Source of the DNA: Podarcis cretensis
Taxonomy: Eukaryota
DNA: 64,000 nt
Direction of reading: 5' to 3'
NCBI GenBank assembly: GCA_951804945.1
Contig: OX638162.1
Span: 30,070,001 to 30,134,000, forward strand
The notes below the pieces were generated by a model. The model made no database searches, was not told where the DNA came from, and saw nothing but the letters and a program-made list of their open reading frames with translations. This document shows positions 24,691 through 36,000 of this stretch, piece by piece (the stretch's first letter is position 1; every line of letters starts with the position of its first letter). The position numbers were made by a program, and so were the translations under genes.

Positions 24691-25511
24691 AACCTTTTAG
24701 AGTGTCAATAACTACTTTTTTGTTTATGTTATTGACACTCTAACGGTGTTATCTGGTAGACATTGTGTACTTGGAAGAAATGGGATTCCCCAGATATCTG
24801 TACTGGGACCTGTGCTATTTAACTGGTTCATAAGTGATACGGAGTCAGGATGAACATTGAGGAAGTCAAGTATGCTGAGGACACCTAGTTATTCAGGATG
24901 TTAAAAACAAAACGGGATAGTAAAGAGCTCCAAATGGATATTTTCAACCTGGGGGAAGGGGCATTAAATTTGCAACACTGGTTCAGTGTAATCAAATGTA
25001 AAATGATGCACATGGGTAAAAAATCCTATGTTTACATCTATATATCTTGGAAAGTTGACTGTTTGCTGTGCGTTTGGACACCTCTTAAGATATCATGACC
25101 AAATTGTTTGTTCCTGAGATGGAGGTTTTTGTCTATGTTTGGATACAACTGGATGCCATTTGGAATCAATATTTAAATAGCACCAATTTGATGGGCATGG
25201 CTTGAGGAAAAAGGCCTTGTGACCAAAAGTAGAATCCCTGCCAGGTCTAATTTGGCCTGGAGGATCAGAGGCTCCCCTGCCAGCTCTGTCATGTCCCATC
25301 TTACCAAACTAAAACATCCCAAATGTTGTAACCTTCTTCTTGCAGGGGAGTTGCTTCTGCCCCCCAAATTGTTGCTTGCCCCGTTGTGATCCTGTACCAG
25401 ATCTACACCATCCTGTTCCAAATATCCCATGTATGGAATTATGACCCCATAGAGAAGGGCTGGAAGGAAACATGAAAGACTCAGCTCCACCTTTGTGGCA
25501 GGGGCATCCCT

Positions 25512-25674
25512 CATGGGTGTAGCCAGGGGGGTGCACCTGCCCTTCCCCAAATCAAGTAAATACTGTAAATAAAAATACTTAACTAACTGACCAACAGCAT
25601 CACAGATAACTCAGTTCTGCCCCCCCCCCAATAATGCCTGTCTCCCTCCAAAATAAATCCTGGCTACGCCCGTG
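25512..25674. mobile_element. hAT-type MITE upstream of TP53BP1
   Basis: 16-bp TIR catgggtgtagccagg / cctggctacgcccgtg (14/16); 8-bp TSD 6/8. Confidence 0.7.
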
Positions 25675-25889
25675 GTACCCCTCCTTCCTCTGTGGGCGCT
25701 GCTATGCCCTTGCACAAAGACAGTTCTAGGAGTGTGCCCTTGGTATCTCAGGTGTGCGGCCAGCCGGATAATGCCAAGCGTCTTTCCATCAAAATCCCCC
25801 TTCGTCATCTGTGCCATCTTTGACAATCCACCTGGTGGAGCTGCATCTATTATATTATTATCGTTCCCTGTTCTAAAGGTGACCGGGCA

Positions 25890-27060
25890 CACGTGACCCT
25901 CGCTTTGGGGAGCTTGTGCACTGCTGCCTCCTGGCGTGCGCTGCTGGCGACCGGGCCTTCCGAGCCAGCTTGGACTCCCATCAGCGCCACCACCCGCGAC
26001 CACAGACCATTCTCTTGCTTATTTATATTCAGGCCTGGCATTGGAAGCGGGGAGGTGGAGCTTTCCGCGAGCCCCGCCCCCTCTCTGGCCTTGGCCGGGG
26101 CATGTGGCGCCGCGTTGTCACGGCAACCCCCGCGCAGCGCGGAACGCGTGGGGGCGGGGCCTGCAGCGTGGCCGGCCGGAGCCGCCGCGCGAACGCCCGA
26201 GGGGGCGGGGCAAGGCGTTCTTCCCGCGCGTGCGCTCGCTCCCCGACTTTTTTTTTTTGCCTGTGCGCGCGCTCTCGCTCGTCTCTGTGTCTGTTGGGGG
26301 AGGATTCGCAGCTCACGCGACCCCCCGTCCTCCCCTCCGAGAGGCCTCCTTCTCCGCCTGGCGCAGGATGGACCCCGCGGGGAGCCCGCTGGACTTGGGC
26401 TTCTGCCCGTCGGCGCCCTGCCTGCTGGTGGAGGACTCGCAGCCGGAGCCGGACTCCGCCCAGGACGACGGCGAGGAGCCGCAGGCCCTGCCCGGCCTGA
26501 AGAGGAGGTGGCGGGGGCCAGGGGCGGACGACGAGACGGATGGGCCGCGGGTCGTTCCGGGAGCGAAGGCGGCAGGAGGAGGCCCGGAGGAGCAGCAGGA
26601 GGAGGCCCGGGGCGCTGAGGGGGCTGAGCGGGGTCCCGCAGGGGGCTCTGGGCCCGCTCGCTTGCCGCCTTCGCTGCCGGCCTCCGACTCGCCCCGCGCC
26701 CTCCTCAGCCAGGTCTTGGAGCAGCTGCCGCCGCCGCTCGCCAGGAACACCAGGTGGGCACCGCCATTCCTTCTCCGCGGGCGGGCTTTCGGCCTGCTTG
26801 ACCCCTCTGAGACGTTGCTTGTCTCCCTTGCAGGGCGGCGGACGACCCCTGCGGCGGCGGCGGCGCTGCTGCTGCACCGGGCTCGCTCTGCGCGGAAGGT
26901 AAGTGGCCTCCTCCGCCTGCTGCTGCTGGGGACGGCCCTTGGGGGCTGCCCCTTCGCCATTGCTGAGAATCCAGCCCCGTGGTTGGGGGGGGGGGGGCTG
27001 CACAGGCCGTCGTCTGTTCTCGCTGGAGGCTGTCCTTGAACGGTGGCGGGGGGATCGGAG
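25890..27060. promoter_or_regulatory. TP53BP1 CpG island/promoter
   Basis: X-box GTTGTCACGGCAAC at 26114-26127, E2F-like ttcccgcg at 26221-26228, GC boxes; overlaps the first coding exons. Confidence 0.85.
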
Positions 27061-30000
27061 TCCCCTCCTGACTGTTCTGCAGCCCTCTTGGGTTCACAAG
27101 TAACCTTGGCGGGGTGGGAGAGGGAGGGGTTGTTTGCCGGGCCCATTTCCTCCCTTTGGATGCTGGAGCCCTTCCACATGTGCTGAGGAAGTTCTTATCT
27201 TCTGATGCTAGAATCAGGCATGTCGCAGCTGGGCTTCGGTGTTTTGGAGCTCTCCCAGAGCCAGAACCTTGAAGGAGACTCCACAGCTAGTGCGGTTAGT
27301 GATAAGGAGCAGCTGCAACCCAAAGTGGCCTTGGAAGAAGAGGAGCAGGAGGAGGATTCCAAAGGCGGTAGGTGAAGTGGGGGCGGCCTCCTGAGTCTTT
27401 AGCTGAGCAGCCCTTTCCTCTGGGATAGGAAAACTTCAACTCTTCTGTTAAACTACTCACACTGCCTCAAAAGGACTTCGGGCCCAAACTGAACCTTCTT
27501 TCTTTTAAACCATCCTTACTTGTTCATTCATTCGTTTGAAGAACATTTTACCCAGTTTACAATGTAGATGGCCAAAGCTTCCAGAATGGCTTACAAAGTA
27601 AGCGGTCCCTTTCCTTGGGCATACAGTCTAAAAGACATGCATTGGGCAGTGGGGTGAGTGGGGGAAAGCAAGCTCAGGCACCAGGTTTTAAACGTATTAT
27701 TCTTACAACAAGCTGGGATAGAGACAGGCCAGTTACTTCCCCTTCCCGCTTTTCTGCAGCTGGATGGATTGGCTGCCTCTGGGTGGCAGATGGGAGCCTT
27801 ACAGTTCTTTTCTCCTAGTACTTATCAATAAACTGAGTCTCTGGAGTAACAGTACTTTTGTATACAGTATCCCTGCAAGGCACTTGAGGGACTGTAGCTG
27901 CCAGTGGTAGAGCATGTAGTTTGCAAGCAGAAACAAGGGAGCTTGACTGAGCTTGAGCCCTGGGAAGCTGCTCTCAGAATAGACTATCCCAGACTAGGGG
28001 GGGCAAATAATCTGATCACATATCAGGCAGCTTCTTATATTCCAAAATCTTTTGAAGATAGTAATGCTGCTTGGATTGTGGTTGGATGTGATGTTATAAG
28101 TATCTTTTGGGTTGGCACTCACTGCTGTCCTGTTGTCTTCTCCATTGGAGATTGTCTTCTAAACTAACATTGAGTTGTATCCATTGTTAGTACTACTCTG
28201 AATAGACCCATTGAAATTAGTAGACATGAGTGATCTAGGTTCATTAATTTAAGTTAGGTGCAATCTTAGCAGTGTACATAATAAAATTACCAATAAAATA
28301 CATATAAAACTAGCAAAAAAACCAAAGCCCATAATAGATAATAGGTCATACAGGGAATCCAAGCAGATTTTGACTTAGCACCTAGATCAAAATCAGATTT
28401 AGTAATTCTCTGGAAAAGCCCTTAGAATGCAACATAGTGCAGTTGTGCTCTGGTATTTCAAGTGAAGCACTAATTCCTGATGCCTTTTCTGCTCTGCATG
28501 CAGATCCAGATGAAGTGACAAAGTCTGGGAGTGACTCTCCTGATAGGTAAATATCTCATACTTGTTGGCTAACTTGTTGCATGGTTGAACTTTCAGGAAA
28601 GGGGGCATGGAGAGCTTGCCCTCTCTGTAGGGGGTGCAGTTTCTTTGCCCATTAAACCAGCTGTGAAGCACATGTGGTTCCATGAAGTCCTTGCTGTCAC
28701 ACATGTGCCAAACATTCCTGCTGCTGGTAGGAGAGAAGCTGCTACTACTTTTCTGCCTTGTTCTTTGTGAAGGAAAGATATTTTCATTCCTGTTAGTTGG
28801 GATTCGGCTAAAAGTATTGGAGGAGCCTTGCTGTTGCCTCCTGGCCAAGAAGGAAAGAAAGAAGGGACAGACCTTCCCATTGGGATTTTGCAGGAGGGGG
28901 TTGCACCAAGGTGCTGCTGGCACTCTTATTAAACCTCATTTGAATGAGAAAAAAGTTCCCTGACTGTTTTCTTTTTTGCATTACCTAAAGAAATGGTGGA
29001 GTAGCTTATAGCCATTCCCACTGGTATTTTTCAGGCCCAGCAGCAAAGTTCTGTTTGCACCTTTGGCAAAACTCAGCACAAAAGCAAACATTCCTCCACT
29101 CCCCAAGTTCTGTGCATGCTTTGTGTCCTGTTTTTAATCCCCAGGGAAGCTATCAGCTTATTTGTGTGGCATTCTTTCAGCTTGTTGTATTGTTTTTCTC
29201 AAGATGTAGTCCACCCTGGGGCCTTACAGTGAAGAGCAGGCAACAAATATAAACAATGATACCCTGGGGAATATTGATTACACTTATGTTCCCAGCAGCA
29301 CCCCAAAAATTCTGCAGTTCCATAAAGAACCTGCAAGGAGTCCAACTTCTGCCTGCCATCCACTTGACAGAAGGCCACAAGGGACGGATCCCTCTGGGTG
29401 GCATACACAGGATGCTGATGTCTTATCCACTCAGGAGGACATGTTTGGCCAGAGCAGCAAAACAGGTGAAAACAGACTGCATGCCTGTGCCGTGGCCCCT
29501 GCGACCCATGAGGGGGAAGCAGGTGCAGTTTGCTGAAGCTCTGCCTATCCTGATAGTAAAGGAAGGTTTCCTACTTGGTTACTATATAGATAGTGCTACA
29601 TAGGTTCATGGGACCACATAGACAGATTAGTGTATGTCTCCTATGCACGGCACACAGTTGCTGTGGGAGGAATGGTAGGCAATTGCTTTGTGGATGATTG
29701 GAATTCCAGTGGCACTGATAAAGTTGCCTTTTCAACGGATGTGTTTCTCTGTCACCCTTTGCTGTTGCTGCATTTTGAAAATGCCTCAGTGTTTTGAATT
29801 CTTCAAATTTTGCCTCTTTTGTTTGTGCAGATGGCTTTGAATATGTAGTGGCACAGATAACCAATGCTGAACAAGTTGTACAGGGTTGTCAGATTCTAGC
29901 ATGGGCTGCTCAAAATGTAGCTCATCAGTTGCATTGCTGACTTGCGTGCAGCACCCTGAGAGTTCTAGTTTTCAGGCAAATATGCAAAATCATTCTTTGG

Positions 30001-33000
30001 TGACAGCATTAAAACCTGCCAGCTGCCACTGTGGCTGAAGGACATACCATTTGCCCTTCCAACAGTGGCCAATCAGGTGCCCAGGAATAAATTTCTCTAG
30101 ATTTAGAGATAGCAGCTCTCTGGGAAAATCTCAACCGATCATCAATATTTGATGGTGTTGCTGAGGAATGTAAATCATTTTCCATCCATGTTGGGTTTAC
30201 TTAAATTTACAGTTATATTTTTGCACACCACAAATTGTGGGTGGTCTTCTGCAATTCTGAGTAGTTGCAACAAGGTATTAAAATTGACTTTAATATAGGG
30301 GAAAGATCAGTGCAGCTGGGAGACAGATTTTCAAGGCAGTGTTCATTGGGTTGCTTGACAAAACTGCTAAATGGTTTTGTTAATTTTAATTGCCTTTGTT
30401 CCAGATGGTGACAGTAATGTGTCCAGAGTGGAAGCAGCAAATTCTCCAGTGTGCACTCCTGCCGATTCTCTGCATGTCCTTCATCTCTCTGGACAGGGAC
30501 CTCTTTCCATGTAAGTAACAAGCCTGCTCAGGTTGTTTTTGTTACCTGTTTCCCTGAATAATTGCTTCTAGGAAGCTGCCTTACACTGAGTCAGGTCCCT
30601 TACACTGAGTCAGGTCCATCTAGCTCAGTATTGCTCACACTGACTGGCAGAAGCTTTCCAGAATTTCAGATGGGGGGCATTCCCAGCCGTGCTTGGAAAT
30701 GCAACCCGGAATTGAACCTTGGGCCTTCCTCATATGAAGAAGGTGCTCTTCCACTATGACCTTTTTCCTTCTCGGCTAATTGATGATCCACTTATTACTT
30801 CCTTGCCTCCTGAATTCACTAATTGAGTCAGTTGTGCAGTTGGTTATCCCTGTATTGATTGGCACTTATGCTTTCATTGATAGTATCGTAATTGTGTCCA
30901 CCTTTCAAAGTAACTGAGCTTTCTTTGCCTCTACTCCTTCTGTGATCATTGGTCTTTGTTGCCTTCCTTTTTCTCCTTTCTGTTCCCTGATGAGGCACAC
31001 AACCGAGCGCTGCTTGTGTTTCATGTTCAGTGGGAGGTACAAATGTGGCCTGTGCCTGTGAGCTGAGCCTTGGCTTTGGCCTTCAGATCTTCGGAATAGA
31101 TTAGCTCATTTGCTTTTTTCTTGTGACCTTGCATATGCAGACAGTGAGGCAACCGAGTGTTCTCTTTTTCTTTGTAGTTGTGCTTCAGGCCTTCCTACGC
31201 CATCTCCTGGCATCTCACATTCTGTACCCCTCATCATTCCAAGAAGCCCAACAGAACAGGGAACAGAAGGTAAGTCAACTCTTTCTGCTGGAGGCCTTGG
31301 TAGCCCTTGGCCCAAGCTATGGTGTTCAAAAAGACAACTTAGTAATGGTGACCCAGGTTTCTTTTCTTTCATTTCTGAATGTGGAGGCCCCTCCTCTTTT
31401 TGAGCACTGAAAGAGGGGTGCAGAGGGCCAGTTGGTGCCCTTCAGCTTTTTTGGCAATGAGGTGTTCTGCTCCAGCAGCAGGAACAAGGCTGTCCTCTTT
31501 TGCTTAGGCAATAACGTTAATTTATCCACCATCTTCTGTTGCAGCAGCAGCAACAGGAGGAGGAGGAGGAGGGAAGCAAGAAGAAGAGCCAAAGGAGACT
31601 CAGACTCCAGGTCTTCCTCAGTCCTCTACACCTGTCGCTCAAGATGCGCCAGCTTTTACTCCAGCATTCACTCCCATACCATCACAACCAGAGTTCTCCC
31701 ATGTGAGTGGTCAGAAGGTGCCCAGCACTGAGACTGGTCTTCTCTGTGCTGTGTTCATCCTTGGTAGAAGTAAGGAGGCCCCCACGCCTCTTGCCCTACA
31801 GTTTGACAATCCTTTCCTTCACTTGTGCTTTTTTGTCATAGGATTTTCGAGACATTCACAAAGCGTTAGCCTGGCTTTGTGTATAGAAGGGCAAATCTCC
31901 TGGCCACCATGTTGGTTGTGGAAAACAGGAAGCAATACTTTATGAAGCATCTTGCTGTGTGATTGCCCTGCTGGTGTGTCTTGGTTGCAGTGTCAAGAAT
32001 TACTTCTGGTTCTCTTGAGAGCTGGCCTGGTTGCAGAATCTCAGGTGTGGAGCTGTCATATTCCAATCTATTTGTGTTTCCCCCTGTTTTAGGACACTTT
32101 CCTCCCAACTCCAAGCTTAGAGAAAGGGCCTGAGGCACAGACAGAGAAAGGAGATGATTGTGGTATCAGTTTGCCAGCAGACAGCTCTGAAGTCCCTGAG
32201 GCACCTGCATCTGTTGTGGAGGGCCCCTTGTCATGGCCCTCGGGTGAGGCCTGCCTATTGGCGCTGTCTGCTAGTGAGTGCAGCCAGTCCACTGAGGCTG
32301 TGCAGCCTGAGGAAACAGCCATGGAAGCTCATGGTCCTCCAGTGGAGAAGCTTGGCTTGGATGGTAGATGTAGCGAGCAGCAGCGGTTTAATGAGGACAG
32401 CCATGCCTCAACTGGGCAGCCTGCAGGAAGAGGTTCCACTGCCCAAGTTGGAGTTGGAGATGACCTTGCAAGTCAGGGCCACCTCTTGTGCCAGGGGTCT
32501 CAGGAGCCAGAATGTGAAGCTGTCCCAGAAACGCCTGGTGAAGCGCAAGGAGAAGCTGAGCTGCTGAGGGACGGAAGGTCTTGCCTTCACTCGACTCACT
32601 CTCAGGAAGAAAAGGTGGACCAGCATGTGGAACCTGCTGCAGCCAGAGAAGACTCTGAGAATGTGCTCCAGGCAGCTGGAGAGCCTGCACACCCAGATCC
32701 AGGAAACTTAAAAGAAGACCCCTTGGAAGACTCCAAGGAGGAGGCTTCCCTGAGGATCGGCCCTGGGGTGACACTGAAGCTCTCTGACTCCCAACCAGAG
32801 CTGGAGGGAAGCAGGTCCCAGGGGAGGTCCAGTGTTGCCCCTGGAGTGGGGCTGCCTGCTGCCATCTCTCCAGGCAGAAGCAACTTGGGAAGTGTGCTGG
32901 AGGAGGAGGAGAGCTTGCCACTGCTGCCCCCCCAGGGGGAAGGGAGCGGTGTGCCAACAACAGCCAAGGAGGATGAAACTGCAGAGAGCCAAGCAGCAGC

Positions 33001-36000
33001 AGCACCTCCAGAGCAAGGCAGTAGGAAGTCTGCTACCCTTCCAGGGAGCCCATCAGTTACTGCAAGGGAAGATTCAGAGCTGGGGCCCTTGCCTGGGAAG
33101 GAGAAAGCACCAGCAGTGACTTTGGAAGAGGGATCACATCCTGGGAGTGCAGAGGACCAGAGGGAGATCCAGCAGAAGCCATGTGGGCTGGAGAGAGAGG
33201 TGCAGCTGTGCCAGAGGGGTCCTGAGCCACCTGCTAGCCTGCCCAGCGGTAAGTGGTTCTGGAGAGTAAGAGCAGCAGTAGAATTGCATCATTGGAAAGC
33301 ATCCCTGTGGAGTGACCCAGGCTGCCTAGGCTTGAGCCAATGTGGCTGAGAGAGAAAGGAGAGTAGCCTTTTGCAGCTTAAGAAGATAATTTCTCTTGCC
33401 CCCTCCTCTCCCTATCCCTCTGCTCTATTGTGTGAGTTCTTTCCTTGAAATACTCTCTAGTGGTTGCCAAAGGGCATGATACACATAGACTGAGATGGAG
33501 GTTGTTCCCTTCCTGCCTCTGTGCCTGTCTGGTGTGTGAAGGGTGCATTGCATCTGTTCTCACAGAGGCTGCATTGGCCTGTTGGCTTTTAAATGCTACC
33601 TTATTTATTGCTTATTAAGTACATATGTGGACTGCCTAATAGCCAGAGCTCTCTGGGCAGTTCACAGAAGAGAAATGGAAGTACAGGCATAATTCAAATC
33701 AGCTCAGACTCCTTTGCAGCTGCAGTGAGAGCCTTCCAGGCTGTTGGAACAGTGTTCTAGTGCTCTCTGTGGCTTGATGACTGGCAAGGTCTCACCCTCC
33801 ACCCTGCTATCTTTCAGCAGTTACTGTTATCTGTTTTCGGTGATTACATTGTTAGAGAAGCACAGCATGTTCTGTAAGTGCCTGTCTAGAGTACAATATG
33901 TTTAGCGTAGGTGGGAGGAGCTGGGATGTTTGTGCATTGGGGACTTGGGCTTTGCTCTGCCCATGGTTTCAACCTTCTGGACTAGAAACTAACCCCCCCC
34001 CCCAAAAAAAAAACATAAAACAGACTTCTCCAGTATCTGTGCCTTGTACCAGCCTCTATGCAGCACATGGCAGGAAGTAAGAGGCCTGGGCACAGGATTT
34101 GCAAAGGAATCTTCTTGCCTGGTCTCACTCTCTGGAATTATTGTTAAAACAGTGTTTATGGAAGACAATCTTACTCGACTACGAGTGATCACCAAAGAAG
34201 ATGACCTTGCCTGGTAGTGTGATGCCATGCTGTTTTCTTCCAGTTGGGGCCCTTGGCTCACTATTTAGCTGCCGAGAATTTGTGGCAAGGAGGGTGCCTA
34301 GTAGCAGAATGTGAGCTTACCACCTGTCTGTTGTAATACCTTGTTCCAGGAACCCCCTTTCATCTTGCCCTGCTGAAGGAGAAGCATGTGATTGAGCCTC
34401 TGACAGGCATCACACCACCTCACATTGGCCAGCTGAAGAAAGGCCCCAGGCGACACAGCACTCCTATTGGTGAGTAGGAGATGTGGGGTGGGGTTTCTGT
34501 GAGTGATAGAGATGGGCACCAGCTGCCTTCCAGCCTTCCCAAAGTGGCCATCTTTCATCCTTCTCTTTGTCTTCAGAAGTTGTGTGTGCTGGTGGAGAGC
34601 AAGGAGGGGACTGATCCAAGCAGCCATCAGTATAGCAAAACCCCAGTGGGAGGGAGGCCCTGTGGTAGCTGTTTACATATTGCCAGAATGGTGTGAGCCT
34701 GGAAGATATGACCTTACATTGTGCCATATTGCCTGTTCATTTTGCTCTATTGTCATATCTGACTGGCAGCAGCTGGGGCTTCAAGTGTGAAGAGGATCTC
34801 ACAGCACCAGCTGACTGATCCCTCTAACTGGAGGGACTGCTAGGGATTGAACCTGGGACCTTGTGCATACAAAGCAAGTGCTCTGCCACTTCCTCTGCCA
34901 TTTGGAAGGAGCTACAGACCACAAAGGGAATGACAGACTCTGCCCTTGGAGCAGCTGAGAAGTGTGGACAGTTGCTGTCTACACTGTTATAATCTGAAGC
35001 AAATCTGGATGCAGCTCCAACTGCTGCTGTGGCTTCCTCCACAGAATTCCAGAAGGTGCAAGGTTTCAAGGGCCCAAATTCTTCTTGGCTCCCTTGCAGA
35101 AGTACAACCCACATAGCTTGGATTGGGAGCCCAGCTCATTCAGTTTCTTTCTGATATTAGAGCAGTTGGCCCAAGGGCTAAGGCATATTCTGGTGCTGCA
35201 GAGCTGCGATCTGCTTGGGGGTGGCCAAGAGGCTTTCTGTGCTGGTTCTTTCCAGTAAGCCTGGGTGGCTGTTGGTGAACCTGCCATCTTGCTTTGCTTG
35301 TTTCAGAGGCTGGAAACTGCCCGGACAATACCATAGCAACCAGCGATGTCACAGCTGAGGGCACCAACAATGTGACAGTGGAGAGTGCTCTGACCTCTGT
35401 TGAGATGGAGGAGAGTGGCAAAGGGAGCGCTGAGGCCGCCTGTGAGGAGCAGGGGAAGCTGTCCTTGCGCATGAACCTTGTGACCCCTGTGACGGAAGAG
35501 AGTGACGAGTCCCTGCCCTTCAGCCTGGACAGTAAGAGATTCAGTGCAAGAGCAGTTGCGGAGCGATGGTCCCCTGCCCTGGACTAGTGACTCCAAACAG
35601 TACTGACTACTTGACTAGCAGTCTTTATAGTACTCATGATTCCATCTCTGCCTGGGAAGGGCTGATTTGGCAGTGCTGTTGGAAACACTTGCAGAAACCT
35701 GGCCCTTTAGGCAAGGAAGAGGTGGTCCTTGTCCTGGGCAAGTTGTGAAGAAAATGGCAAGGCTTTCTAACTGGGTGGTGACTTTTGATCCAAAGTGTTT
35801 GGGAGGGGGTGGAATGCTTCTAATGCCTTCCTCTTTGCCCCCAGAGCCCACATCCAGTGAAAAGAAGAACGGGTCTGTCACAGGAGTTGTTTCCAGGTAA
35901 TAGGCAGGTACTGGTACTTAAGCCCTTTGTGACAGAGCTGAATGGCATCTGCTGGGAAAGGGGTGTGTGTGCTTATGTGCCATCCTCCTGCCATCCAGTT

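Noticed and set aside
30775-31145. Possible snoRNA in a TP53BP1 intron (TGATGA/CTGA boxes, two weak hairpins)
   Set aside because: No proper H box or terminal stem and no recognisable rRNA guide; an Rfam/Infernal search would settle it.
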